From Candidatus Multivoradales bacterium (GTDB lineage Bacteria; Acidobacteriota; Thermoanaerobaculia; Multivoradales; JAHEKO01): 64,000 nucleotides of DNA. Shown piece by piece: positions 29,853 through 40,623 of the stretch (positions are counted from its first letter, which is position 1; every line of letters begins with the position of its first letter). The translations under genes were made by a program, and so were the position numbers. A model generated the notes under the pieces. It made no database searches. It saw only the letters and a program-made list of their open reading frames with translations, and was not told the origin of the DNA. The stretch spans positions 640,001-704,000 of the forward strand of contig CBDCXM010000008.1 of NCBI GenBank assembly GCA_965223855.1, read 5' to 3'.

Positions 29853-30358
29853 GACACGGGACTCCGGATCGGCCGGGAGATTCGGTCGCTCGCACTACCG
29901 AGACGTTCGTCAACATGCACTCCTACGGTTCGATCGGGCCCGTTCGCCAGTGTAGCAATACCCGCATGGACGTGGCCCGGATCACCCAATCATCCCAGCC
30001 GAACCCGCCATCCTTGGAGTCAGTTTCCAGTTCGCTGAGTCCGGTTCAGGTGGCAACGGTGCCGGCCGGTGACAGGCAGCCGCTGTCGAATCAGCAACGG
30101 CTGCGCCACTTGACGACCAGATCACGGCGGGGCGCCGGAGAGCCAGCACCAACCTCGAGATTCCGGCAGGGCCTCGATGCGCTTCAGTTGGGGGCAGGCG
30201 ACCTGTCATGAGGAGATCGCGGATTCCCGGCAGCTTCTTCTCAGACCGGGAGGAGCCGACCCAGTTGAATCAGAGAGAGCTGATACCCGAAGTGCCTGGT
30301 CTTCGCGATCCCTACGGTGCCTCCGCATGAAGCGAAGGCTTCGAACCATTGATGCGCG

Positions 30359-32590
30359 ATGAAGCGACGATGGGCGCACCGACCGCGCGACCCGTTTTCT
30401 GGAACGGCTGGAGTAGTGGCGAAACCGATCAGGCACCTCCGAGGGCTGGCGAGACGCCATCCCCGTCGTGTGCTCTTCGTCGCGTTCCTCGTTCACTGGT
30501 TGGCCCGACTGCCCTTCCTGCTCCAGCGCAAACTGCCGGTCGTCCAGGGAGACGAGTTCAACTACCTGTGGAAGGCGCTGAATCTCGTCCTCTACGGCAG
30601 CTACTTCGCTCCAACTCCGGACCTCGATGCCCCCAACCACGGAGCGCCACTGGTAAGCCTGCTCTTCTCCCTTGGGCATCTCGTCCCCGACCCCGAGCTC
30701 GGCTACCGCATCACTCTGGCGATCAGCGCTCTCGCCACCTCGGCGATCGTCTTTCCTGCCTTCAGGATCGCTCGCACAGTGTTTCGAAGACACCACCTCC
30801 TCATTGCCTTGATGGCTTCGGTCAGTGGCGTGGCTTGGACTCATTCGTTCGCCGCAAAGTCAGAGGGACCCTACCTGCTGCTCGTGATGGAAGTATTCGC
30901 AGCCTATTGCGTCTACTGGCAACGACCTGGAGTCTCGACCGCACTCCGCCTGAGCATGCTGGCGACGTTGCTCCCACTGCTTCGCTATCAGGGGTTGGGG
31001 ATCCTCGGTGCTCTTGCGATCGCGGGCGCGCTGAGCACCACCTCCGGTCGGTTGCGACTTGCATCCGCAAGAGATCTGGCGAGGAGTTGCATCCTCTGGG
31101 CTCCAGGGGTCTCCGCCTACCTCTGCTGGTTGACGTACCTCGGTCGACATCGCTACGCCTCTCTCGAGTCCCCTGGCCATCTGCCACAAACCGTCGCGAA
31201 CTACCTCCTCCAAGTACTCGACTCGGGCGTTCCACTACTGCATGCGTGCGAAGTCGCGATGGGCAAGCTGATGGCACAAACCGCCTACGTCAACCTGGCT
31301 ACGGGCAACCTAACAGTACTTGCAGCAGTGGTCTGGCTATTCTCGCCTTCACCTGAGAGCGGCCCTGCGGAATCCACGGTTCGGAGCGCAAGCTCTCTTC
31401 GTCCCGTTCCAGCTCTCCTCCTCTTCTGTGCGGCCACGATAGTGACAAGCACGGTCTACATCTACGTGGTGTGGGCGACAGGAGCGACGGCCGCTCGCTA
31501 CGACATGTACGGACGATACGTCGATCCAGTCGTACCGCTGGCGAGCCTCCTCGCGTTGGGCTACCTAGTCAACCTGAGGACCTTCCGTCCTACTCGACCC
31601 GCTGCCCTGGTCCTGGCGCTCACACTCTTCACCGCCTACTTGGTGCTTCCCACGTCGATCGAGACTCCTCACTTCCTGAACCCTGGAGCCCTCTGGTACT
31701 CCACCCTCGGTTTTTCCGGCCCGCTCGTTCCCAGTCTCGTCGGGCTGGCGATGGGCCTTCTCATCTGGCGTCTCTCCCCGATTCGACGACGCATCGCCAT
31801 AACCCTGGTCAACTGCACCATCGCCCTCCTGAGCGGCCATGCAGCCACCATGGCGCTGTCCTCCGAGGAGGCGAGACTCGAAGAGGTGGCAAGGCCCTTG
31901 AGAGCCCTCAGGCCCAAGGCTGCTCGCATCTTCATCACCGAGGACAACTCTCCCCAGGTCCGCTATATCGCCCGGTTCCTCCTGCCACGAAGAATCGGCG
32001 ATCCATCCGGCATCGAGGGTACGCCGTCGACCAGTCACTACGTGCTGCATCGAGACGCGACCTGGCCCCAGCGCGAGTTCGTCGTTCGTTCGCGCCGGCG
32101 AATTTTCGATCTCTTCGACCTCGTCGACCTGGCCCAACTGACCGGCCAAGCTGTGGCCGAGACACCGTGGGGGCTCAAGATTGTCAAAGGGGCTACCAGG
32201 AGCTCCATCCTCACTCTTCCGAGAAGTTCACTGCGATTCGAGCTGCAGTTGCCGCGACGATGCAAAGCCCGACTGCTCACGTCTCTCCGCTTTCACCCGG
32301 TCTCCATGGGTTGGGGAAGCGACGGTGTGATCGCGCGCATCGCAGTGAGAGCCGAAGGCACAATCCCCCTGGCGAGGACAATTCGATTGGGCCCCGAAGA
32401 GGCTCGACAGCTCACCCTCGGTCTCGAGGGATTCCAGGGTCGTCGAATCGAACTAACTCTCGAGGCCTTGAACGAAGACGGCATGAACGAGGTCGGGGAC
32501 TGGCTTCTGTGGGAAGACCCAGCCATCGAGTCCGTCACCGACTGTGCAGAGCTTCCCCTTGCCAACCTCGCGCGTGAATCGCTCCACTGA
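30359..32590 (+). CDS. Polytopic membrane protein, probable GT-C glycosyltransferase with C-terminal periplasmic beta domain
   Basis: GDEFNY loop after first TM, many TMs, YGRYVDP, C-terminal GDWLLWEDP domain. Confidence 0.6.
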   Translation: MKRRWAHRPRDPFSGTAGVVAKPIRHLRGLARRHPRRVLFVAFLVHWLARLPFLLQRKLPVVQGDEFNYLWKALNLVLYGSYFAPTPDLDAPNHGAPLVSLLFSLGHLVPDPELGYRITLAISALATSAIVFPAFRIARTVFRRHHLLIALMASVSGVAWTHSFAAKSEGPYLLLVMEVFAAYCVYWQRPGVSTALRLSMLATLLPLLRYQGLGILGALAIAGALSTTSGRLRLASARDLARSCILWAPGVSAYLCWLTYLGRHRYASLESPGHLPQTVANYLLQVLDSGVPLLHACEVAMGKLMAQTAYVNLATGNLTVLAAVVWLFSPSPESGPAESTVRSASSLRPVPALLLFCAATIVTSTVYIYVVWATGATAARYDMYGRYVDPVVPLASLLALGYLVNLRTFRPTRPAALVLALTLFTAYLVLPTSIETPHFLNPGALWYSTLGFSGPLVPSLVGLAMGLLIWRLSPIRRRIAITLVNCTIALLSGHAATMALSSEEARLEEVARPLRALRPKAARIFITEDNSPQVRYIARFLLPRRIGDPSGIEGTPSTSHYVLHRDATWPQREFVVRSRRRIFDLFDLVDLAQLTGQAVAETPWGLKIVKGATRSSILTLPRSSLRFELQLPRRCKARLLTSLRFHPVSMGWGSDGVIARIAVRAEGTIPLARTIRLGPEEARQLTLGLEGFQGRRIELTLEALNEDGMNEVGDWLLWEDPAIESVTDCAELPLANLARESLH

Positions 32591-32706
32591 ACCGGTCCGG
32601 CAGCCTCGGTCAGCTTGGTCCTGCTCAACCGAAGTTTGTCCGGTGGTCTCGCAGCTTCGACGCTGGCGCAGCCCGGAAGAGCGAGAACCGTGCTTCCCTT
32701 GGAGGG

Positions 32707-32736
32707 CGAGCTAGTGACGGTCGTCCTCGCGCGTTC
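32707..32736 (+). promoter_or_regulatory. Putative ECF promoter YGAG-N19-CGCGTHC
   Basis: CGAGCT-agtgacggtcgtcctcg(17)-CGCGTTC, ~65 nt upstream of serine hydrolase ATG. Confidence 0.65.
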
Positions 32737-32798
32737 TTCCGAGACCGTGGGTGCCAACTCACCCACGGTCGGCACCACGAAACGAGAGAGGAAAGGCG

Positions 32799-34307
32799 AT
32801 GAAAAAACGACGAACCGAGGCCGGAAGACTCATCGCAGCGACATGCCTGCTGCTCGTTCACGGCCTCCACGCTTCACCGCCGAAGTCGGCGACCCTGGAA
32901 TCGGAATCGTCGGGGACAGACTTCGAGGCTCCCATCGAGACCAGAGAGCAGGAACTGGGTAGCAACTTTGTCCAGATCGTCAACGACGCAGGGGCCAAGG
33001 GCGAGCAGATGGAGCTGCTGCGTGACACCTTCGACGCCGCCCTCCTGGAAGACGACTCCTTGGACCGGCTCAGGCAGGCCCTGACCTACATGCACGAGGA
33101 GTTCGCGCCCCTGAAGTTCCAGAATGCCGAGCTGGTCGAATGGAAGACTCCTTCTGGCGTCCAGAGAAAGCTTCACACGTTCGCGCTCGATGAGCGGAGG
33201 AAACAGTGGAAGAACATTCAAATGGACGTCAGCGACGAGGCCATCCCTCGGATCACCGGCATCAGCTTCGTCGCCGACGTGTCAGAGCCGGTCTACCTAC
33301 CCGCCGGTGACATCCGGCATGAGATCGAGTGGTTGGACACCTACGTGAACAAGCTGATTCGCGAGGACGACCTTTTCGGCAGCCTTGTCATCGTCGAAGA
33401 GGGGAAGGTGCTCTACGAGCGCTACTTCGGCTTCGAGGATGCTCGCCGTAGCCGCCCTATCAGCGAGGCCACGCGTTTCAACATGGCTTCTGGAGGGAAG
33501 ATGTTTGCAGGCGTGGCGATCGCTCAGCTTGTCGAGGAAGGCAAGCTGGAGTGGAGTGCTTCGGTCAGTCGATACATTCCGGGCGTCGCGGAGGATCTCC
33601 AAGTACGCCATCTGCTCAATCACTCCGCCGGTATCTCGAACTACTGGACGGAGGAGAATGAACAGCGAATGGCCTCTGCGACAGACCCTCAGCAGGAGTT
33701 TCTGGAACTCGCACTCGAAGCCGGAACAGACTTCGAACCCGGAACAGCAGTCCGCTACTCGAACTCGAACTTCATTCTGGCAGGCCATGTGGTCGAGGCA
33801 GCCAGCGGCCGAGACTACTTCGACTACGTCCGCTCGGAGATCCTGGAACCCTCGGGCATGACGCACACACTCCTCTCAGTCGAGGATGACTTCTCGCGAG
33901 ACGTTGCCGAGGCCCTGCGGGGGGAGCCGTTCAAGTGGGAGCGAATCGACTTCAATCCCCGGCCAACGTCTGCAGGTGGCTCGTACACAACGGGCCGAGA
34001 CATGGTCAGATTCTCTCAGGCGCTGACCAACGGCGCCCTCCTCTCGGGAGAAATGCTCGACGTCATTTCAACGAGCACGCTGGCCGGCGTGCCCGACGCC
34101 CTGGACGACTTCGGATACGGCTTTCAGCTCAGTACTCAGGGGCAAACCGACTTCTTCGGCCACGGCGGGCTCGCTCGTGGAGTCAACTTCGGCTTCGAGA
34201 TTGTCAGGGCCAGGGATCTCACGCTGGTCATGTTCTCGAACCAGGACAACGGAGCCTTCGACGATCTCAAGAAGAATGTCATGAAACTCATCTCCGGCTT
34301 CCGCTGA
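32799..34307 (+). CDS. Secreted serine hydrolase (beta-lactamase class C/PBP-like)
   Basis: Signal peptide; SGGK, LLNHSAG, YSN and HGG motifs. Confidence 0.88.
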   Translation: MKKRRTEAGRLIAATCLLLVHGLHASPPKSATLESESSGTDFEAPIETREQELGSNFVQIVNDAGAKGEQMELLRDTFDAALLEDDSLDRLRQALTYMHEEFAPLKFQNAELVEWKTPSGVQRKLHTFALDERRKQWKNIQMDVSDEAIPRITGISFVADVSEPVYLPAGDIRHEIEWLDTYVNKLIREDDLFGSLVIVEEGKVLYERYFGFEDARRSRPISEATRFNMASGGKMFAGVAIAQLVEEGKLEWSASVSRYIPGVAEDLQVRHLLNHSAGISNYWTEENEQRMASATDPQQEFLELALEAGTDFEPGTAVRYSNSNFILAGHVVEAASGRDYFDYVRSEILEPSGMTHTLLSVEDDFSRDVAEALRGEPFKWERIDFNPRPTSAGGSYTTGRDMVRFSQALTNGALLSGEMLDVISTSTLAGVPDALDDFGYGFQLSTQGQTDFFGHGGLARGVNFGFEIVRARDLTLVMFSNQDNGAFDDLKKNVMKLISGFR

Positions 34308-34410
34308 TAGCTGCCCTACGCGACTTTAGAGGCGCGGAGACAGCTCAACCTCTCGAAGTCTCGGATCGACGGACAACAAGCTCAGCGCTTCGGCAGGTGG
34401 TGTGAGCAGG

Positions 34411-35839
34411 TCAGAAGGGCTGAGAGCAGAGTGCCTTTGGCCTTCGAATCCCGCAGGTGGTCAACGGCACATGCTCGTAGGCAAGGATCGCCTCGAGAGC
34501 AGGGTCGCGATTGTGTTTGTAGTCAGAGAAGCTCAGGGGCGTCAACAAGTCGGGCGTCGTTGCGTCCCGGTCTTCGAACGGCTCGGGTAGAGAGTTCTGC
34601 CAGTACATGGTCGATGTGTGCACCGCCAGCCGGCTATGAGGCAATCGTGACCCCCGATTGTCAGCAAAGTGGTTCGGACTACCGCCCGTCTGCTCACCAA
34701 CGAAAACGGCGTTCGTCCAGGTCTCGAGGAGGGTGACGAGATGACTGCCCGCCGAGAACGTCCGGCGACCGATGATCACGAAAAGTCTCCCCGGCCGATC
34801 CAGGAGGGGGTCTGAGAGGATGCCCCGAACGAGATCCTTGTTCAGAGTGTTGTCGCCGCCTCCGTGTAGCCTGAGGTCGATGACCAATCGAGCGTCGAGA
34901 CGATCGACGTCTCGAAGGACTCTGGCGAAGAAATTGCTCATGGACTCTCGCTCGTGATTCTCGTTTCGAGTGATCTGGGTGTAGACAATGTTGGAGTCCT
35001 CGAGATACGCCGACCAATAGTGCTTCGGCGCCTTGCGAAACCAGAGGCTCGGCGGGTGCCTGAGCCATAGCGGTGCTGGGGCATTCTCGTCCCTCGCGGT
35101 GAGGAAGCCGACTGCGGTTGCTGCAAGCTCGTGGTCGAAACGGAGATCTGCCATGCTCGGGAGAGCCTCCGTTGCCACAGACTGGAAACGAACGTCTGTC
35201 GACACTGCCCCAGCCGGACCGGCGAGAGTCAACGTAGCTTCGTCGGAACGTGCTGTGATCCCGAGAGCAAACAGCACCTCAGCTGTGGTCATCAGACGAG
35301 GGACGGTATCGAGCAAGGTCGCAGCGTTGTCCCTCGGAGCGATCTCACTCACACGGCGGAAGACCTCCTCGACGTCAGTCCCATCGATCTCGAGAACTCG
35401 TCTGCCGAGCGCCTCCGCCTGCTCCCGGGCCACTCCGATCACGTACCAACCATCAGAGAACCGATAGATCGCTACAGGGAAGCGGCTGAACCCAGTGTGT
35501 CCGTTGACGATCCCGGGATAGAGCCAGAGCGCGGTGTGGCCGTCGCCAAGAAGCGCCATGAGGCGGGCCAGCTCCACGACCACTTCGTTATCCGAGAGGG
35601 AGGGAATCCTCCGGTCCAAGTCCCTCACCGCATCGTCGAAATCCTCCTCGGTGATCGTGTGGAACGGGTCGATGTGCCGCTCCAGGACCTTCTCACGCAG
35701 AGGCTGCCAGGTCCTCCCGCCACTGATCGGGCGAAAGCCGAATCTGGCCGCAAAGCGAACCGGGAAAAATCGAAAGAAGCACGGCGGCAACCAGGATCGG
35801 GCCTGTCCGCAGCCTCAGCAAACTCAACGGTGTTGGCAT
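34411..35839 (-). CDS. Secreted S41-like peptidase with one frameshift near 35700
   Basis: RBS GAGGAG + ATG 35839, signal peptide …QWREDLAA joined out of frame to LREKV…LGDGHT; IDLRLHGGG, TFSAG and GEQTGG motifs. Confidence 0.75.
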
Positions 35840-35904
35840 CTCTGGAGTCTCCTCGAACTCTGACTCGCCGGTATCGACGCTGGTCGGGCGACGGGCTCTG
35901 AGTG

Positions 35905-35934
35905 GAACGCGGACCCAACAGGTGGAAGTGCTCA
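35905..35934 (-). promoter_or_regulatory. Putative ECF promoter
   Basis: TGAGCA-cttccacctgttgggtc(17)-CGCGTTC, ~68 nt upstream of S41 peptidase. Confidence 0.65.
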
Positions 35935-36127
35935 GGCCACCTCGCTTCTCTCGAATCAAAGAGCAAATGCGATAGGGCTTGGGCACTTCCCTTGGACCCG
36001 ACACTCACACTCTCCGAAGGACGGCACCGGAGGGGCTCGGAATGCACGCCAGCTTGTGTCGCTCGAGCTGCTCGTCTTCTCACCATGTCTGGGCTCCGAT
36101 GAGGTATCGCGACTCCCCACCTGCTCG

Positions 36128-37270
36128 CTACTTGCCAAGTACATCGAGAACGTCTCGCGCCACTACCGCGCTCCATGCGCGTCCATCGTGCTCCGCAGCG
36201 TTGGAAAGCACGATCACCACATCGCCATCCGCGTGGACCAGGAACGCACTGTTGTGGCCTAGCCAGCCGTCGTCTCCGTTGTGACGTAGTGAGAGCACTC
36301 GGTTCTCGGTGTCGGTGGCGATGCCCAGACCGTAGCCGTACCAGAGACCTCCATCCGCCCTTTGACGCACCCTCGTTCGGGGCCTCTGGATGACTCCCAG
36401 CGGGTCGTCGCTTTCGGCGCTCAGTAGCGCGAGAGCCCACGCAAACAGGTCGGCCGTCGAGGAGTACAGCCCCGTTGCACCGCGATACCCCCAGTTCGCA
36501 CGACTCTTCCCATCTCCGTAGATCGTCCGCCGAACTCTCGGTGCTCGCGGCGACTTGATCGGCGCTATCGATCCGGCCGTCTCGTGCCCCCAGAGTCCGG
36601 TGGCGTCGAGAGATCTGGGCGAGAGCACCTTGCGGACGAGCAACTCATCAAAGCTGGTCCCGGTTGCTTCCTCGATCGCGATCGCAAGAAGGTTGTAGCC
36701 GTCGTTGGAGTACCGATATTCCTGTCCAGGTTCGGCTCGCAGCCTTCGCTTCAGGATCGCGCGCGCAGCTTCCGTCCGACTGGTCAAGCCATCGGCTGCA
36801 TAGTTGTGACCGAGACCCGACGTGTGCGTCAAGAGCTGCTCGATCGTGATGCCTCTCTTTTTCGCCGGAACCTCCTGGAGGTACTCGGCGATCGTGCCTC
36901 CGAGATCCAATGCACCCTCTGCAGCAAGGGTGGCGGCCAGAGCTGCCGAAAACTGCTTCGAGGTCGAGCCGATCCAGTACCTCCGCTCTTTCTGGCCCTG
37001 CGGCAAGGGTACGTCTCCAACGGTCTCCTGCAGGATGATCGCGCCTGCCCTCGCAACGAGTACGTCGCCTCTGAAGCCCTCGCTCGCTCTCACACCGAGT
37101 ACCACGTTCAGGGCTCCTTCCAGGTTCGGCTCGGAGGGCAGAGGGCTCGCCTGCGCCCGGGACAGGGAGCCGTGGAGTTCCCCCACCAAGAGAAGTGCCG
37201 CAACGCCGACCAGCGGCAATGCGAGCGAAGGTCTCCACAGCCCAATCCGTCCTTTGTTGTCTCTCTTCAT
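36128..37270 (-). CDS. Secreted serine hydrolase (beta-lactamase family)
   Basis: Signal/TM segment; STSK, LLTHTSG, YSN and HNG motifs. Confidence 0.85.
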   Translation of the reverse strand: MKRDNKGRIGLWRPSLALPLVGVAALLLVGELHGSLSRAQASPLPSEPNLEGALNVVLGVRASEGFRGDVLVARAGAIILQETVGDVPLPQGQKERRYWIGSTSKQFSAALAATLAAEGALDLGGTIAEYLQEVPAKKRGITIEQLLTHTSGLGHNYAADGLTSRTEAARAILKRRLRAEPGQEYRYSNDGYNLLAIAIEEATGTSFDELLVRKVLSPRSLDATGLWGHETAGSIAPIKSPRAPRVRRTIYGDGKSRANWGYRGATGLYSSTADLFAWALALLSAESDDPLGVIQRPRTRVRQRADGGLWYGYGLGIATDTENRVLSLRHNGDDGWLGHNSAFLVHADGDVVIVLSNAAEHDGRAWSAVVARDVLDVLGK

Positions 37271-37408
37271 CCATGACTCCGTCAAGGTTCGCTCTGTCTC
37301 TCTGACTCGCCCCGGAGCCATCTATTCCGGAAACGGGTCTTCGTCTGGTGTCCACCTGGGTCCAATCGCGTAACAACTTGAGCGGTCTTCAAGCTGTCGC
37401 ATCACTAG

Positions 37409-37438
37409 GAACGCGCGGCGTGTCGGGAGGGATGCTCG
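37409..37438 (-). promoter_or_regulatory. Putative ECF promoter
   Basis: CGAGCA-tccctcccgacacgccg(17)-CGCGTTC upstream of serine hydrolase. Confidence 0.6.
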
Positions 37439-37476
37439 GTCGAGTGGTCTGAGCCGACGTCCGGAACTGTTGGAGG

Positions 37477-37507
37477 TGATCCGGAAGGAGCCTCGATCTG
37501 CGCGTAC
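37477..37507 (+). promoter_or_regulatory. Variant putative ECF promoter (18-nt spacer)
   Basis: TGATCC-N18-CGCGTAC, ~75 nt upstream of metallopeptidase. Confidence 0.4.
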
Positions 37508-37579
37508 TCGAAGACCCGGCCCGTCGCAACCACTTCGAGACTTGATCACGAGCGACCCACACCAACGAAGGAGGCACCT

Positions 37580-38812
37580 TTGCGCACCACGACAACTCGC
37601 TACGAGAGGAACATTCTCCTCGCTGTCACTGCTCTGACGGCGATGTTCATGGTCGGCACCATGCTCGAGGCTGATGCTGTTGCGCGCCTTGACCGCACAA
37701 CGCCAACCCTCCATCAGGTGGAGCAGTTGATGAAGTTCTTCGACGAAATGGAAGTCGGGGCGCTCGGCAGCCAGCTTGCCCCGACCTTCACCTACGTGGA
37801 CATCGGGCGGGACGACCGGCGAGATCGGGCGGGATTCCTCGCCATGCTTCAGGAGCTCGCCCGAGAGCCTGAGAAGCCTTCTCTGGACGTTCAGTGGATC
37901 GGCAGGGGGCCTGGCCATGCGGACGTGCGGGGTTCCTGGACCGGCCCAGGGGGCTCATCCCCACAGCCGAAGCGCCTGCATTTCGCGATCGAGCTGGACT
38001 TTGACGCAGAGGGGCTTGTGACCTCGTGGGTCGACGAGTTCCGTCCCTGGGAGATCAGGAAGCCAACCCGCGGCGACCAGGACCTCGAGACCGAGCACTT
38101 TCGTGTCGGCTTCTTCTCCGAGGAACTCTCCGCACACCACGCCCGTCAGCTGGGTGAAACGCTCGAGAGGTACTACCAGGAGACGGCGCTCTTCCTCGGC
38201 CAAGGGATGCGGCAGGGCCGGCGCTTGAGCATCAGCGTAGCTGGTTGCTTTCGCTCGCCATACGCCAGCGCGCCTGGGCCGGACGCCTTCATCCTCGTCC
38301 CTGCCTCCATGGCGCAGCAGGAGTACGGCTTCTCCATCGTGCACGAGCTGACCCACAACATCCTGGGGCGGAGCAACCTGTCCGAGACTCTGCGGACGTG
38401 GAATGACAGATCGCTGCGGTCGGGCAACCGACTCTTGGACGAAGGGGTTGCAGTCGCCGTGGAAGAACTCCTGGCGCCGTCCCCGCTCATGTTCCCCAAC
38501 TTCGGCACGGAAACCCATCAAGCCTACTGCGAGGAACGGTCTCGGCTCGGCTTGGTCGACGAGCATTGGGAAGTGCTGGAGGCCGAGTACTATCGTAGCG
38601 ACCCTTCCTTGGAAGGTGCCTACAGGAGGCTGGCCTACCTTCATCAAGGGTCGTTCGCGAAGTACCTGCTCGAACTCCATGGAGTGGAAAAGCTCATTCA
38701 GGCCTTCGGCGCCGACCTGAGCGACTTCCCGGTGATCTTTGGCTCGGATCTGAAGCAACTGCAGGAAGACTGGCAAGCCCAATCTTGCAAGCCGCCAGCC
38801 GAGTCGATGTGA
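37580..38812 (+). CDS. Exported gluzincin (peptidase MA-like) metallopeptidase with N-terminal NTF2-like domain
   Basis: RBS AAGGAGG + TTG; signal peptide; VHELTH…LDEGVA. Confidence 0.75.
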   Translation: MRTTTTRYERNILLAVTALTAMFMVGTMLEADAVARLDRTTPTLHQVEQLMKFFDEMEVGALGSQLAPTFTYVDIGRDDRRDRAGFLAMLQELAREPEKPSLDVQWIGRGPGHADVRGSWTGPGGSSPQPKRLHFAIELDFDAEGLVTSWVDEFRPWEIRKPTRGDQDLETEHFRVGFFSEELSAHHARQLGETLERYYQETALFLGQGMRQGRRLSISVAGCFRSPYASAPGPDAFILVPASMAQQEYGFSIVHELTHNILGRSNLSETLRTWNDRSLRSGNRLLDEGVAVAVEELLAPSPLMFPNFGTETHQAYCEERSRLGLVDEHWEVLEAEYYRSDPSLEGAYRRLAYLHQGSFAKYLLELHGVEKLIQAFGADLSDFPVIFGSDLKQLQEDWQAQSCKPPAESM

Positions 38813-38987
38813 GTCGACCAGCGATCGAGAGAATGGCCCGGACTTGTGAGACATCCCGCACAGCCGAGAGCACGGCAAAGGCCTCCTCCGCCAGGCCACC
38901 TCGCCCGACAGGAGTCTCAAGAGACGCGCCTTCAGTCGCGAGAGAGTCAGGGCCGTTCGCGTTCCGCGAACGGGGACTTCTGGAGGA

Positions 38988-40559
38988 TCACTCCGCTCTG
39001 ACCCGGCTGTCGAGAGTCCTACACTTTCCCCTCCACCGAGTGCGACCTGGCAAGGTGCCACGAATGAAGAGAGAGGTGAAGTAGAGAACGAACCAACACG
39101 TACTCGCAAGGAGTACCTTCACGGGCCCGAGCACATCGGACACTGCTGGAAGTAGGAAGCAGCAAGGGGCGAGGAGAAAGATGGCCTCGAGACTCGGCAG
39201 GTCGAGGCCTCCATGAGACCGCAGGAATCGATCCGACAGCAACCAGAAGCCGAAAGTGGCCAGCAAATGAACCAACGCGAAATCCTCGGCGCTGAGACTC
39301 GGGTTTATCTGTCTCAGGAAGACCAGCCCGAGGACGGTTGCGACCGCGTAGAGGACAGCAGAAGTCGCGCCCAGCCAGCGAAGCTCCAAGACGTACAAGA
39401 GACCATTGCAGGTCGAGGCGCCGAGGTAGGGCCCAAGAGAGAGTAGAAGGGTCGTTGCGATGGGGAAGACCCGGTCGAACTCGCCACCCAGGATCCAACT
39501 AATGAGCACTCTTCCACATGCGAACCATGCAAGCATCGCTATCGCTGCAGCAGCGATGCCCACCAACAACACGACAGCGCCCCAGTCTTTCACCCTGTCA
39601 AGCCGCCCCGTTTCCGCAAGTTCAGCCAGGGCGGGAAGCCATGCCCTCCGGACGGCCATCGCTACCCCGCGCGCCACTTGAAGGCCCTGGAGCCCGATGG
39701 CCAGGTGGCCGACCGACTCGAGGTCCGTCCAGAAAGACAGCAGCAGCATTCCTACGTTGGACTGGGTCAGTAGAGCCAGGTTGGTCAAGTACGAGGTTGT
39801 TGCGAACCTCCAATGCTCGGATCCCAGCCTCGCCGACCACTTCGGTCGGAGATCCGACGCCCGCACCACTGTGCCAACAGCGGCCACCAGAAGGAGAAGT
39901 TGCACGGAGGAGAGGGTGAACAGGATCTCCGGAAGCATCGCACCTCGCCTGACGACGATGAGCGCGGCCAGGGGAAGGGCGCACACCCTAAGGAGCTCCA
40001 GCCAGATCGAGATGGCTGGCCTCTGAATTGGGATGAGGAGGCTACGGGTACTCTCGAAAGCGAGCTTGAGGGTGCCAAAGCAGCCCGCTGCCAAGATGAG
40101 GGACCACGAGCCCGTTGCCGCGAACCTGACGGTCACAAGGGCGAGTACCAAGCATCCGCCAACTAACGACAGGGCCAGGCGCGTCGCCCACAGGCCGGAC
40201 CCGAGCGCCGCGGCCTCACCTGCCCTACCAAGCGAGATTGCGGTGGCGAGAAAACGCAGCTCGACCTGCTGTAGGCCCAGGCTGCAGAGAGTCTGCGCCA
40301 GCCCGACCATCGCCAGGACGAGAGCGAACTCGCCATAAGCAAGGGGGCCGAGCTCTCTGGCAAGAACCAGCGACAGGAAGATGCCCATCACAGAGGACAG
40401 CAACTGCCCGCCGCCGAGAGTCAGCGCGTTTCCTACAGCTCGATGACCGGCCGTGCTCGCAGGGTCGGGCTGTCGAGCGTCTAGCCCCGCCAAGAGCCCA
40501 CGCTGCGGCGGCGGCCGGAAGATGCGCCGGGGGGAGTTGTCGCGGCCTCCTTCATCCAT
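38988..40559 (-). CDS. Wzx-like oligosaccharide flippase (start uncertain)
   Basis: LARELGPLAYGEF motif, many TMs, glycosyltransferase context. Confidence 0.75.
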   Translation of the reverse strand: MDEGGRDNSPRRIFRPPPQRGLLAGLDARQPDPASTAGHRAVGNALTLGGGQLLSSVMGIFLSLVLARELGPLAYGEFALVLAMVGLAQTLCSLGLQQVELRFLATAISLGRAGEAAALGSGLWATRLALSLVGGCLVLALVTVRFAATGSWSLILAAGCFGTLKLAFESTRSLLIPIQRPAISIWLELLRVCALPLAALIVVRRGAMLPEILFTLSSVQLLLLVAAVGTVVRASDLRPKWSARLGSEHWRFATTSYLTNLALLTQSNVGMLLLSFWTDLESVGHLAIGLQGLQVARGVAMAVRRAWLPALAELAETGRLDRVKDWGAVVLLVGIAAAAIAMLAWFACGRVLISWILGGEFDRVFPIATTLLLSLGPYLGASTCNGLLYVLELRWLGATSAVLYAVATVLGLVFLRQINPSLSAEDFALVHLLATFGFWLLSDRFLRSHGGLDLPSLEAIFLLAPCCFLLPAVSDVLGPVKVLLASTCWFVLYFTSLFIRGTLPGRTRWRGKCRTLDSRVRAE

Positions 40560-40623
40560 CCTTTTGGCGGAACGGTCAATAGAGACGCCACAGCTCCCCG
40601 CCCGTCGACTATGACGAAGAAGC

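Noticed and set aside
30070-30110. Hairpin GCAGCCGCTG-tcgaat-CAGCAACGGCTGC in the divergent intergenic region
   Set aside because: Single imperfect stem without a U-tract or family match; expected by chance in GC-rich DNA.
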